Shown here piece after piece: positions 43,808 through 53,375 of a stretch of 64,000 nt of DNA. The stretch spans positions 194-64,193 of the forward strand of contig JBHIBO010000009.1 of the NCBI GenBank assembly GCA_046759185.1, given 5' to 3'. The DNA comes from Thermoplasmata archaeon. Its GTDB lineage: Archaea > Thermoplasmatota > Thermoplasmata > RBG-16-68-12 > JAJISG01. Under the pieces are notes generated by a model, which did not search any database, was not told the origin of the DNA, and worked only from the letters and a program-made list of their open reading frames with translations. Made by a program: the position numbers and the translations under genes. The stretch's first letter is position 1; each line of letters begins with the position of its first letter.

Positions 43808-44015
43808 CCGTCGGGGAGAGATTACCCAATGAGACCCCAGATCGCGGTCCCTCTGTCCATGGCGGAGGCGGGCCCCGAGCATCAGGGCCCGGTCTATGAA
43901 GAATGGGATGGGCGGGCGAGATAAACTAAATGACACTGATAGCCTATACTCTCCTCTCGATAGATACGCAAAACTAAAGGGCAGTTTGCGCGTTTTTCGC
44001 ATCACGGTGCGTACC

Positions 44016-44549
44016 ATGGCTGGAACTGAGGGTGGAAGTGCGTGGGCCAACCGCTTCATCGTGGCGGGGATCCTGCTGGGGGCGGTCACGTTCGGCGTCT
44101 TCGCCGGGCTCCTTCTCTTGACGCTCACGGGGCAGCCGATCTCCCGGGCCCTTGCGGCAGGAGGCATCGGCGTGTGGTTGCTCGTGGGCGGTGTCGGCCT
44201 CCTGATTCTCACGATTGGCGTCGTGACCACGGCACTCTTCTATCAGCACATCGAGGTGACCATGGGGAGGCCCTACAGGGGCGTGATGATGAACATCCTG
44301 GCATGGCTTCACCTGACGCTGCTGCCCATCGCGGGTCTGGTGGCAGCGTTGATGTTCACATATGTGGGATGGGCGGGAGGCATTGGCGGGGTCGCCCCTG
44401 AGTTTGGCGGGGGAGGCCTAAACCCCGGGGAGATTCATGCGATCGCGGCCCCGTTTGTCGACCCCATCGGCTACGCCTTGGCCGTGGCGTTCCTGGGGGT
44501 CCTCCTGGGCGGCCTCGGTTACGTCATCATGTGGATAAGGAAGCGCTAG
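44016..44549 (+). CDS. Polytopic membrane protein, hypothetical
   Basis: Four or five hydrophobic helices. The start was moved to the ATG (MAGTEGG) downstream of an AT-rich promoter-like region that the ORF-track ORF had included. Confidence 0.5.
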   Translation: MAGTEGGSAWANRFIVAGILLGAVTFGVFAGLLLLTLTGQPISRALAAGGIGVWLLVGGVGLLILTIGVVTTALFYQHIEVTMGRPYRGVMMNILAWLHLTLLPIAGLVAALMFTYVGWAGGIGGVAPEFGGGGLNPGEIHAIAAPFVDPIGYALAVAFLGVLLGGLGYVIMWIRKR

Positions 44550-44644
44550 CCGCCCCTCTTGGGCTACCCGTCGCCTGGTCGGGCGAGGCGTCCCGGTGAG
44601 TAGCGGAGCGACTCGATCGGCCACCTCCGCGAACCAGCTGGGGT

Positions 44645-45214
44645 CTAGGCGGTGCGAGGAGGGCCGTCGGCCGACGTGCGAAGTCTCTCGTGGAACTGTT
44701 TCCGGAACCTCGCCACCTTCGGGGCGACAATGGCACGGCAATAGGGCTGCTCGGGATTCTTGAGGAAGTAGTCCTGGTGATACTCCTCCGCGCGATAGAA
44801 CGAGTCAAAGGCGACGACCTCTGTGACGATGGGATCTTGCCAAACGCCGGGATGAAACTCGGCGATGACCCGCTTCGCGCTATCCTCCTGCGTGGGGGTG
44901 TGATAGAAGATGGCGGAGCGGTACTGCGGTCCCACGTCGGGACCCTGCCGGTTGAGGGTCGTGGGATCGTGGACGGAGAAGAAGACCCTGAGGAGGTCTT
45001 CGTACGAGAGGAGGGTGGAATCAAAGCGCATCTGGACCGCCTCTGCGTGTCCCGTGGTCCCTCTGCCGACCTGCCGGTATGAGGGATTGACGACGGTCCC
45101 GCCCGAGTACCCGACCTCGACGCTCTCGACGCCGCGGAGGGTCTCGAAGAGAGGCTGTAGGCACCAAAAGCACCCTCCTGCGAGGGTCGCCGTTTCCAGG
45201 CCGTCCTCGTTCAT
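44645..45214 (-). CDS. msrA: Peptide methionine sulfoxide reductase MsrA
   Basis: Active site GCFWC. Start placed at the ATG (MNEDGLETATLAGGCFWC). Confidence 0.85.
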   Translation of the reverse strand: MNEDGLETATLAGGCFWCLQPLFETLRGVESVEVGYSGGTVVNPSYRQVGRGTTGHAEAVQMRFDSTLLSYEDLLRVFFSVHDPTTLNRQGPDVGPQYRSAIFYHTPTQEDSAKRVIAEFHPGVWQDPIVTEVVAFDSFYRAEEYHQDYFLKNPEQPYCRAIVAPKVARFRKQFHERLRTSADGPPRTA

Positions 45215-45240
45215 GTGGGATGTCCTTCCACGCCTAGGAC

Positions 45241-45663
45241 TTAGAGGAGCTCGGCGTTGAGCGTGATCTCGGTGTTGAGTAGGCGGGAGATGGGACAATC
45301 CTCCTTTGCCCCCTCAGCCGCCTTTAGAAAGGCTTCGCTCGTCGCGCCTGGCACCTTAGCCACCACGTCGAGGTTGACGGAGGTCGTTGTCCACCCCCCT
45401 CCCGTCTTCTCAAAGTTCAGTGTCGCCGTGGTGCGGATGTCCTCCGGAGAGAATCCCGCGTTGCCCAGGGCGCTCGAGAGGGCCATGGAGAAGCAGCCTG
45501 CGTGAGCCGCCGCAACGAGCTCCTCGGGGTTCGTCCCCGGTTCGTCCTTGAACCGGGTGGTGAAGGAATAGGGGACCCCCTTCAGTACGCCGCTATCCGT
45601 CGAGAACGATCCCTTTCCGTCTTGGAGCCCGCCCAACCAGATGGCGCTAGCGTGTCGCTTCAA
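45241..45663 (-). CDS. osmC: OsmC/Ohr-family peroxiredoxin-like protein
   Basis: OsmC fold with two conserved Cys (AHAGCFSM and KEDCPIS); 140 aa. Confidence 0.8.
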   Translation of the reverse strand: MKRHASAIWLGGLQDGKGSFSTDSGVLKGVPYSFTTRFKDEPGTNPEELVAAAHAGCFSMALSSALGNAGFSPEDIRTTATLNFEKTGGGWTTTSVNLDVVAKVPGATSEAFLKAAEGAKEDCPISRLLNTEITLNAELL

Positions 45664-45835
45664 TTGTCACTCCCCGAGAAGACGACGGCCGGGCAGTGCC
45701 TTTAATGCTTGCCCCTGCGCAGAGTCCCCGGGCCGAGGGACAGAGGCGAACGCGGCACCGCCCAGCCGACACCAGGGTGTGAGCCGGCTCAGGATCGCCC
45801 TTACCTTCTTTATCGAGAGATCCCTCCTCTTACAG

Positions 45836-46486
45836 GTGGCGTCCCTCCTGGTCGAGTTCCGCGTGGCCTCCGACCGGTGTCCACTGATCCGCCTAACACG
45901 CGAATTTGAGAGTGTAGAGGTCGAGTACCTGGACATGGCCCAGACTTCAGGGGACGCGTTCCTGGAGGTTTTCGAGGTTCGGGGCCCTCGGGCAGTGGCG
46001 TTCGGCGAGGCCCTCGCGTCCACCAAGGGCGTCTCGCAGGTTCAAGTCCAGGAAGAGGGTTCCGACAAGATTGTTGGCCAGGGGGTCATCGCGCAACGCT
46101 GCGTTCGGAGGGTGTTGGCTCAGGACGGGTGGATGCCTTCGAAGGTCGTGGCGGCCGGGGGCAAGGAAACGATTTCCGTGTTTGTCTCCGATCTGGATGA
46201 GGCCCGCGATCTGGTCAACCACGTCCAGAACCAATACCCAAGCTTTGAGTTGGCAAAGATCACCTCTCAGGGATCGGGAGCTAGGGCCTTCGGGAGGGCG
46301 GGGGGCTTCGGTCTGACGCGGCGGCAGGAGGAGGTCCTGCGAAGGGCCATCTCCGAAGGCTACTTCGACTCCCACAGGAGAAAATCTGCCAAAGAGATCG
46401 CCGATCGCATGGGGGTCGACCGCAGCACCTTCGCACGCCACCTGCGCGCGGCTTTGAAGAAAGTGCTCTCGAACCTGCTGGGGTGA
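45836..46486 (+). CDS. HTH_10 (bacterio-opsin activator-like) DNA-binding protein
   Basis: C-terminal HTH_10-like segment LTRRQEEVLRRAISEGYFDSHRRKSAKEIADRMGVDRSTFARHLRAALKKV. Start uncertain (GTG at 45836 or ATG at 45935). Confidence 0.55.
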   Translation: MASLLVEFRVASDRCPLIRLTREFESVEVEYLDMAQTSGDAFLEVFEVRGPRAVAFGEALASTKGVSQVQVQEEGSDKIVGQGVIAQRCVRRVLAQDGWMPSKVVAAGGKETISVFVSDLDEARDLVNHVQNQYPSFELAKITSQGSGARAFGRAGGFGLTRRQEEVLRRAISEGYFDSHRRKSAKEIADRMGVDRSTFARHLRAALKKVLSNLLG

Positions 46487-46494
46487 GAGAGGAC

Positions 46495-47289
46495 TCAGAG
46501 ATTCAGAAACGGCTTCAGTGCGTCCGCCAGGGCCTGGACCTTCTCCTCCAAGGTTCCCGGAATGAACTGCCGCTTCCGTTCCACGGGTTCTCCCTCCACC
46601 AGGTCGTCCACGATGGTGAAGGAGCCCGCCAGTCCCACCTCCTCGTCCCGCAAGCCCAGGTCCGCCGCCGTCCATACCTGCACCCACCCGGACTCGGCTG
46701 CTGCCTCCACCCTGTCGAAGTCGGGGAACCGAGGCTCGTTGGAGCCCACCACCACGGATACGACGGCTGGCATCGGAGCGGCCAGGACCTCGTAGCTGGA
46801 TTCGAGAGCGCGTCGGGCGATGACGGAGTCCCCCTCCACCCGCACGTCGTCCGCAAAGGTGATCTGCGGGACGTCCAACCACTCCGCGAGGCCCGGGGGC
46901 ACCTGCCCTGTGCTGGAATCGGCGGACTCTTCCCCACAGATGACCAGATCGTACTTTCCCAGCTTCTCGACCGCCCGCGCCAGGGTGAGGGAGGTCGGGT
47001 AGGTGTCGGCACCGGCGAAGGCTCGATCGCTCAGCAAGACTGCCCGATCGGCCCCCATGCCCAGACAGAGCTCCAAGTATTCCTTGAACAAGGGCGGTCC
47101 CATGGAGATGAGGGTGACCGTGCCGCCGTAGGCGTCTCTGAGCGCCAAGGCCACCTCCAACGCGTTCTTGTCCGGCGGGTTCAGCACGTTCTCCGCGGCC
47201 GCCCGATCCAGGGTCTTCGTCTCCGGGTTCAGCGTGACCTCCTCGGGCTTGGGGACCACCTTCAGCGAGACGACGATGTGCATGCTCAT
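46495..47289 (-). CDS. etfB: Electron transfer flavoprotein beta subunit
   Basis: EtfB N-terminus MHIVVSLKVVPKPEEV; 264 aa. Confidence 0.85.
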   Translation of the reverse strand: MSMHIVVSLKVVPKPEEVTLNPETKTLDRAAAENVLNPPDKNALEVALALRDAYGGTVTLISMGPPLFKEYLELCLGMGADRAVLLSDRAFAGADTYPTSLTLARAVEKLGKYDLVICGEESADSSTGQVPPGLAEWLDVPQITFADDVRVEGDSVIARRALESSYEVLAAPMPAVVSVVVGSNEPRFPDFDRVEAAAESGWVQVWTAADLGLRDEEVGLAGSFTIVDDLVEGEPVERKRQFIPGTLEEKVQALADALKPFLNL

Positions 47290-48299
47290 GCCGCCACCAT
47301 CCTCGTCTCCTCAAGCTTTTCAATGAGGGGAGGGAGAAGTTCGAAGAGGTCCCCGACCACGCAGAGGTCCGCCTGGTCGAAGATCGGAGCATTCTCGTCG
47401 GTGTTGATGGCCACCACCGTGCTGACATCTTTCAGGCCGGAGACGAAGTGGCTGGCGCCACTGGCTCCGAGGATAATGGCCAGCTTGGATCGCAGGGAAA
47501 TGCCCGTGGAACCGACCTGTTTCTCGCGGCCAGCGACCCCAATGTCCACGAGCGGCCGGGTCACCCCGATGGCCGCGTCCAGCAGCGAGGCCAGCTCTTC
47601 CACCAGGGCGAGGTCGCCCCCAGTGCCCATGCCCGCCACGAGCGCCCGGAGGGCGGAATTGACCTCCTCCCGGGGCAAGACTCTTCGCTCCAAGACGCGG
47701 CAGCGAATCTCCTCCGGTCGGAGGTCCACGGCAACAGTCTCGACGTGCCCTTCCCGCGCGTCATCGGCTTCGAGAGGTGCAAAGATACCCGGGCGCACCG
47801 TAGACATCTGAGGGCGTCCCGTCTCCGACGTGATGATGGCAAGGATGCTTCCGCCAAAGCCCGGGACGGCGGATAGTAGGAGGCCCTTCTCACGATCCAC
47901 GTCGAGGCGGGTAGCATTGGCCGTGAGTCCCGTCCCAAGCCGGACGGCCAACCGACCGGCGAGATCTCTTCCATTATTCGTCGCGCCGAGGAGGAGGATG
48001 TTGGGTCTGCGCTCCTCGATGAGGTGGGCCATGACCTTCGCATAACCGTCCGTTGTGTACCCTGCCAAGAGGGGATGGTTCACCAAGAGGACCTCGTCCG
48101 CTCCGAATCGAATGGCCTCCCTTCCCAGGTCGTCTGTCTTGTGACCCAGGATGATGGCCGCGAGGGACTCGTCCAACTCGTCCGCCAACGCCCGGCCCCT
48201 GCCTAGGAGTTCGAGTCCCACCGGGAGGAGATGGCCTTGCTCCTGCTCCAGGTAGACCCAGAGACCCTGGTGGGCATCCCCCTGCGCCTTGGGGCTCAT
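47286..48299 (-). CDS. etfA: Electron transfer flavoprotein alpha subunit
   Basis: EtfA FAD-binding C-terminal domain; overlaps etfB by 4 nt. Confidence 0.85.
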   Translation of the reverse strand: MSPKAQGDAHQGLWVYLEQEQGHLLPVGLELLGRGRALADELDESLAAIILGHKTDDLGREAIRFGADEVLLVNHPLLAGYTTDGYAKVMAHLIEERRPNILLLGATNNGRDLAGRLAVRLGTGLTANATRLDVDREKGLLLSAVPGFGGSILAIITSETGRPQMSTVRPGIFAPLEADDAREGHVETVAVDLRPEEIRCRVLERRVLPREEVNSALRALVAGMGTGGDLALVEELASLLDAAIGVTRPLVDIGVAGREKQVGSTGISLRSKLAIILGASGASHFVSGLKDVSTVVAINTDENAPIFDQADLCVVGDLFELLPPLIEKLEETRMVAA

Positions 48300-49450
48300 C
48301 CCCGCACCGCCTTCGTTGGGGCAAGCAGCTCCATCACGTCGACGACGCGGGCCCCCTGCATCCGGTGCGTGCTATCCTCGAAGTTCTGGATGCAGTAAGG
48401 ACACGAGGTGGCCAGAAGCGGGATGTCCGCCTCCTTCACCTGCTCCATCCGCTTGTCGGACAGCCTCTCTCCCCCCTCCTCCCGCCACATGCCTCCGCCG
48501 CCCCCTCCGCAACAGAGGGCGTTCAGCCGGTTGTCCCGCAATTCCTCAAGCTCCAGGCCGGGCACCGACTCCAAGAGCTTCCTTGGAGGTTCGAAGATGC
48601 CGTTGTAGCGACCCAGGTAGCAGGGATCGTGGTAGGCCACCCGGGAACCCTTCACCTTGGCCGGCTTCAGGATCCCCTTGTCCAGCATGTGCTCCAGGTA
48701 CTCCGTGTAGTGAAGCACCTCGGCCTCCAGGCCGTAGCGGGGGTACAGATTCCGGAACATGTCGAAGCAGTGAGGAGAGATGGCCACGATGGTGTTCGCT
48801 CCTGTACCCTCGAAGGTCTTCACGTTCTCCTCGACGAGCCCCTGCAGGTAGCCCCTCTCGCCGGTGACGCGCACCGCGTCCCCGCAGCACCTCTCCCGGC
48901 TCCCCAGGATACCCACCTCCACGCCGGCCTGGTTGAGAACCTGCATTAGGCCTCGGGCCACGCCCTGCAAGCGGGGATCGTAGGAGCCTGCACATCCCAC
49001 ATACAGCAGGACGGACACCCCCTCGGCGGCGTCCCGCACCTTCAGGCCCTCGGCCCACCTAGCCCGCTCGGACCGGGGGTCGTTCCAGGGATTTCCCTCC
49101 TCCAGGGTCGACCAGAGGAGCTTGTTCATCTCGCGTGGAACCGTCCTCGCCTTGAAGGCCAGGGCCCGGAGCCCCATGATGGCCTCCACAATGTGGACAT
49201 CTCGGGGGCAGCGGACTTCGCAGGAGCGGCAGGCGCTGCACATCCAGATGTCTTCCATCCCCCCCTCCAGACCCAGCTGGGCCCGCCGAAGAATCCTTCG
49301 GGCTGAGAGGGGGCGATCGAGGTAGGACAGGAGGGGGCAAGACGCGGTGCAGGTCCCGCATTGGAAGCAGGGATTCATGGCCCCAGCCGTGATCTCATAC
49401 ACCTTCTGCCAGAGCTCGTCGTCCAGCTCCACCACGGCCTCGGCCATCAT
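48296..49450 (-). CDS. HdrD/GlpC-like Fe-S oxidoreductase with two 4Fe-4S ferredoxin motifs and two CCG domains (soluble, no TM)
   Basis: Ferredoxin motifs CFQCGTCTASCP and CSACRSCEVRCP; CCG domains CCGD...PHCF and CCGGGGG...CPYC. Confidence 0.8.
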   Translation of the reverse strand: MMAEAVVELDDELWQKVYEITAGAMNPCFQCGTCTASCPLLSYLDRPLSARRILRRAQLGLEGGMEDIWMCSACRSCEVRCPRDVHIVEAIMGLRALAFKARTVPREMNKLLWSTLEEGNPWNDPRSERARWAEGLKVRDAAEGVSVLLYVGCAGSYDPRLQGVARGLMQVLNQAGVEVGILGSRERCCGDAVRVTGERGYLQGLVEENVKTFEGTGANTIVAISPHCFDMFRNLYPRYGLEAEVLHYTEYLEHMLDKGILKPAKVKGSRVAYHDPCYLGRYNGIFEPPRKLLESVPGLELEELRDNRLNALCCGGGGGGMWREEGGERLSDKRMEQVKEADIPLLATSCPYCIQNFEDSTHRMQGARVVDVMELLAPTKAVRG

Positions 49451-52400
49451 TCCGCCCCCTCCGCGACCTCCGCTTCGCGCGTGCTGTCTTGCAGTTCCTG
49501 AATCCGCTCGTGCAGCTGCTGCATTCGCTGGGCGAACAGCTTCCCCTCCGCGGCGGTGAACCAGCCCAGATCGAGCTTCTGGGGGTCATAGCCCCGGGCC
49601 TCCACCTTCTTCTTCCACCGACGGAACCGTTTCTCCGTCTCGTAGTTGGCCGTTAGGTAGTGGCAGTCGCCCAGGTGGCAACCGCTGATCATGACCGCCC
49701 CCGCCGAACGCTCGAAGGCCCGGAGGATAAACTTCTCCGAGACCCGGCCGGAGCACATGGTTCGGATGATACGGGAGGACGGCGGGTACTGGAACTTGGC
49801 GATGCCCGCCTGGTCCGCTCCGGCGTAGGAACACCAGTTGCAGGCGAAGACCACGGCCTTGTCCTCGGGGTTCTCCTCCGTCGCGGCGTCGACCTGGGCG
49901 AGTATCTGTTCGTCGGTGTACCCGGGCATGGTGATGGCGTCTACGGGGCAGGCCGCGGCGCAGGTGCCACAGCCCGTGCACGCCGCCTCCACCACGATGG
50001 CGGGTTCCTTCACCTCCGCGATGATGGCATGATAGGGGCAGACCTTGGCGCAGAGGGTGCAGCCCGTGCACGCCTCGGCGTCCACGATGGCCGTCAGCGG
50101 CTCCATCTCCACCTCATCCCGAGCCAGGAGCACGGACGCCTTGCCCGCGGCGCCCAGTCCCTGGGAGATGGACTCCCCGACGTCCTTCGGCCCCTGGCAG
50201 GCACCGGCCAGGTACACCCCTTGGACCGCAGCCTCCGTGGGTCCTAGCTTGGGGTGGCTCTCCAGGAGGAAGCCGTCCTGTCCTATGGACAACTTGAGTT
50301 GCTCCTCCACCGCGCCAGGGACGGGGGGGTCGAGGCCCACTACCAGGACCAGCTGGTCCGAGGGAATGGCCACGTCCTCGTCCGAAAGCGTGTCATGGAG
50401 GAGGAGGCGGCCGTCCTCCCAGGCGACCTGCTCCTCTGTGGCCGCCTCGTCCGAAATCCGAAAGAACTGGACGCCCCAACGGCCTGCTTCCTCGTAGAGC
50501 TCCTCGGCGTGACGGCTGTAGGTCCGGATGTCTTTGGAGACCACGCGGACCCTCTTGCCCTGCTTGCGCAGTCGGAGGGCCTGCTGAATCATGGACTGGC
50601 AGCAGTACCGGGAGCAGCCCTTGTCGCCCTGGCGGGAGCCGATGCAGCCCAGGAAGGTGACCTTCTCGGCCTCCGCGGAGGGCATCGTCTGCTCTAGGTC
50701 CAGGTTGGTGATGACCCGGGCATCCTCCCCGTATCCCAGCGTGTCCGGGACGAAGGGCGTGGCCCCCGTGGCCATCACGATGCCGCCGACGTTCAGATTC
50801 TCGTCGTTAGTCAAGGTGACGTCAAAGTTGCCGACGTAACCGCTGACCACCTCGACCTCCGTGCCGAGGTGGACCTTCACGCCGGCCTGGGCCACCTCCC
50901 GTTTCTTCTCTCGCACGACCTCCCGGCCGGGGAGTCCGATGCCCGACACGTGGTCCAGCTTCCGGACAATCCCCCCGAGCTGCAGCTCCCGCTCGACGAG
51001 GTGGGTCTCGAAGCCCTGATCCGCGAGGGCCGTAGCGGCGCTCATACCGGCCACGCCTCCGCCGACCACCAGTGCCTTCCGGACGACCTGCTGCCGCACC
51101 TTCGCCAAGGGCTGGAGGCGTCGGGCCTTCTCCACCGCCATCCTCACCAAGTCCTGGGCCTTCCCCGTGGCCGCCTCGGGCTCCTTCTTGTGAACCCACG
51201 AGTCCTGGTTCCGGATGTTGGCCATCTCCAGCAGGTAGGGGTTCAGGCCCGCCCGTGCACAGGCCTTCATGAAGGTGGGCCCGTGGGTCTTCGGGGAGCA
51301 CGCCGCCACCACGGCCCGATTGAGCTTCTTATCCCGAATGGTCTCAGTGATCTGCCTCAGGGTGTTGGCCGAGCAGGAGAACATCTGCCGTTGAGCATGG
51401 GCGACCCCATCCAGATCTCCTGCGGCGTCCACGACCTCCGGGACGTTCACGGTGCCCGCGATGTTGGACCCGCAGTCGCAGATGAAGACGCCCACCTTGG
51501 GGTCCCCCGAGACGTCGATGGGCTCCACGGCCTCAGGGACGGGCCAGGTCCGGGTCTCGACGTAGCTCAGGGCGCTCGCGGCGGCGCCGCTGGCCCCCGC
51601 CACGCTGTCCGGGATGTCCTTGGGACCGGAGGCGCAACCGGCCACGTAGATACCGTCCCGGGTCGTCTGTTCCAGGCTGCCTCGGGTCCCGACGGTCCGA
51701 ACGAAGCCGTCGGTGTCGACCTCCACTTCGAGGACGGAGGCCAGGTCCTCCAGCCCCCTGGACGGCAGCAGGGCCGGGGCCAGGACCACGAGGTCGAAAT
51801 CCTCCTCCTGGACAGCGCCCGCGTAGGTGTCCTCGTAGCGCACACGGACATCCCCACCGTTGCCTTGAATCTGGGAAGGCCGTCCGCGAATGTACCGGAC
51901 GCCCTCTTCCTGGCTCCGGTGGAAGAAGTCGTCGAAGCCCTTTCCGTAGGCCCGGATGTCCATGTAGAGGACCGTGACGTCCTCAATCCCGTGGTCCACG
52001 GCCTGGACGGCCTCCTTGATGGAGTACATGCAACAGACCCGAGAGCAGTAGTGGCAGAACCGGTGGTCCCGAGAGCCCACGCACAGGACGAAGAGGAGGC
52101 GACCAGGATGGGTCCCGTCACTGGGCTTCACCACCTCTCCGGCCGTGGGCCCTGCGGCGTTCAGGAGCCGCTCGAACTCCATGGAGGTGAGGATGTCCGG
52201 GTGTTCGCCGTATCCGTATTCCGGCAGGTTGCGGGGGTCGAAGAGATCGAAGCCCGTTGTTACGATGACGGCGGCGGCCTCGCGGACGTGGCGCGTGACG
52301 GGTTTCATGTTGAAGTCGATGCATTTCGGCAGGCAGGCCTCGACACATCGACCGCAAGGGAGGTAGTTGGGGGGTTCGTTGAGACACGCGTCGACATCGA

Positions 52401-52836
52401 TGGTGTAGGCGCCGGGCTCCGCCTGTTCGAAGGGCGTGTAGATGGCCTTCCTCGCACCCACGCCCACGTCGAACTCGTTGGGCAGAATCTGAGGGCACAC
52501 AGGCACGCAGTCGTCGCATCGGGTGCACTCGTCGGTGACGTAACGGGCCGCCTGATCGATAGTGACGGTAAACGCCCCCGCGCTACCCTCGACCTCCGTT
52601 ACCTCGGCTAGGGGTAGGACCTCAATGTTCTCGTTCTGGATGACCTCGCTGATCTTCGGAGCCTCGATGCAAATGGAACAGTCCAACGTGGGGAAATTCT
52701 TGTCCAGGGCGGCCATCTTCCCGCCGATGGAGGGGGTCCGTTCCACCAAGGTGACCCGGCAGCCTGCGTCCGCCAGGTCCAAGCAGGCCTGGATGCCTGC
52801 GATGCCTCCGCCGATGACGACGACACGGTTCTCCAT
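49447..52836 (-). CDS. hdrA: Heterodisulfide reductase subunit A-like flavoprotein fused to MvhD (HdrA-MvhD, 1129 aa, second Rossmann/FAD-like region present)
   Basis: N-terminal region VVVIGGGIAGIQACLDLADAG with the HdrA Cys cluster, several 4Fe-4S motifs, a second region ALVVGGGVAGMSAATALADQG, and a C-terminal MvhD domain (VVFACNWCSYAGAD...GCHLGDCHY). Confidence 0.8.
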   Translation of the reverse strand: MENRVVVIGGGIAGIQACLDLADAGCRVTLVERTPSIGGKMAALDKNFPTLDCSICIEAPKISEVIQNENIEVLPLAEVTEVEGSAGAFTVTIDQAARYVTDECTRCDDCVPVCPQILPNEFDVGVGARKAIYTPFEQAEPGAYTIDVDACLNEPPNYLPCGRCVEACLPKCIDFNMKPVTRHVREAAAVIVTTGFDLFDPRNLPEYGYGEHPDILTSMEFERLLNAAGPTAGEVVKPSDGTHPGRLLFVLCVGSRDHRFCHYCSRVCCMYSIKEAVQAVDHGIEDVTVLYMDIRAYGKGFDDFFHRSQEEGVRYIRGRPSQIQGNGGDVRVRYEDTYAGAVQEEDFDLVVLAPALLPSRGLEDLASVLEVEVDTDGFVRTVGTRGSLEQTTRDGIYVAGCASGPKDIPDSVAGASGAAASALSYVETRTWPVPEAVEPIDVSGDPKVGVFICDCGSNIAGTVNVPEVVDAAGDLDGVAHAQRQMFSCSANTLRQITETIRDKKLNRAVVAACSPKTHGPTFMKACARAGLNPYLLEMANIRNQDSWVHKKEPEAATGKAQDLVRMAVEKARRLQPLAKVRQQVVRKALVVGGGVAGMSAATALADQGFETHLVERELQLGGIVRKLDHVSGIGLPGREVVREKKREVAQAGVKVHLGTEVEVVSGYVGNFDVTLTNDENLNVGGIVMATGATPFVPDTLGYGEDARVITNLDLEQTMPSAEAEKVTFLGCIGSRQGDKGCSRYCCQSMIQQALRLRKQGKRVRVVSKDIRTYSRHAEELYEEAGRWGVQFFRISDEAATEEQVAWEDGRLLLHDTLSDEDVAIPSDQLVLVVGLDPPVPGAVEEQLKLSIGQDGFLLESHPKLGPTEAAVQGVYLAGACQGPKDVGESISQGLGAAGKASVLLARDEVEMEPLTAIVDAEACTGCTLCAKVCPYHAIIAEVKEPAIVVEAACTGCGTCAAACPVDAITMPGYTDEQILAQVDAATEENPEDKAVVFACNWCSYAGADQAGIAKFQYPPSSRIIRTMCSGRVSEKFILRAFERSAGAVMISGCHLGDCHYLTANYETEKRFRRWKKKVEARGYDPQKLDLGWFTAAEGKLFAQRMQQLHERIQELQDSTREAEVAEGAE

Positions 52837-53375
52837 TAGCTGGCACCTCCTCGGGCAAGCTCTCGGCCCTTCCGGAAGGCCTCCTCGTTGAGCTGTTCTG
52901 TGCCCTTGGGTACGCTGTCCAGAATCGCTCTCCGAGCGCCCTCCTCGGTCACGACATCGGTGAGCTCGACCAGGGCCCCGATCATGACGATGTTCGCCAC
53001 GACCTTCTTGCCCATCGCTTCGGCGGCCTTGAGGGCCGGAATGAAGCTAGTCCTCCGGCTCCATTCCCTCGTCGGGTGGACCAGTCCCTTCTCGAAGAGG
53101 GCCTGGCCATCGGGCTTCATTGTCTCGTGGAATCGGTCGAACGCGTCTTGGGCCATGGCCATGAAGATGTCAGGCTTCTCCACGAGCGGGTAGCGAATCT
53201 CCTTCTCGCTGATGACCAGGTCCGCCTTGGACCAGCCCCCCATCTTCTCCGGGCCGTAGTCCTCCGTCAGGACGGCGGCCCCATGGTCGTATAGGACGGC
53301 GGCCCGACCAAGGATCTTGCCCGTGGTGATGATGCCCTGGCCGCCGAAACCCGCCATACGAATTTCGGTCCTCAC
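52836..53375 (-). CDS. korC: 2-oxoacid:ferredoxin oxidoreductase gamma subunit
   Basis: Gamma-subunit signature GFGGQGIITTGKIL; 179 aa. Confidence 0.8.
   Translation of the reverse strand: MRTEIRMAGFGGQGIITTGKILGRAAVLYDHGAAVLTEDYGPEKMGGWSKADLVISEKEIRYPLVEKPDIFMAMAQDAFDRFHETMKPDGQALFEKGLVHPTREWSRRTSFIPALKAAEAMGKKVVANIVMIGALVELTDVVTEEGARRAILDSVPKGTEQLNEEAFRKGRELARGGAS

Noticed and set aside
46483-47811. 442-aa plus-strand ORF
   Set aside because: Antisense to etfB and etfA, which have clear Etf signatures.
50869-52611. 580-aa plus-strand ORF
   Set aside because: Antisense to the HdrA-MvhD gene; composition dominated by Gly/Arg/Pro/His.
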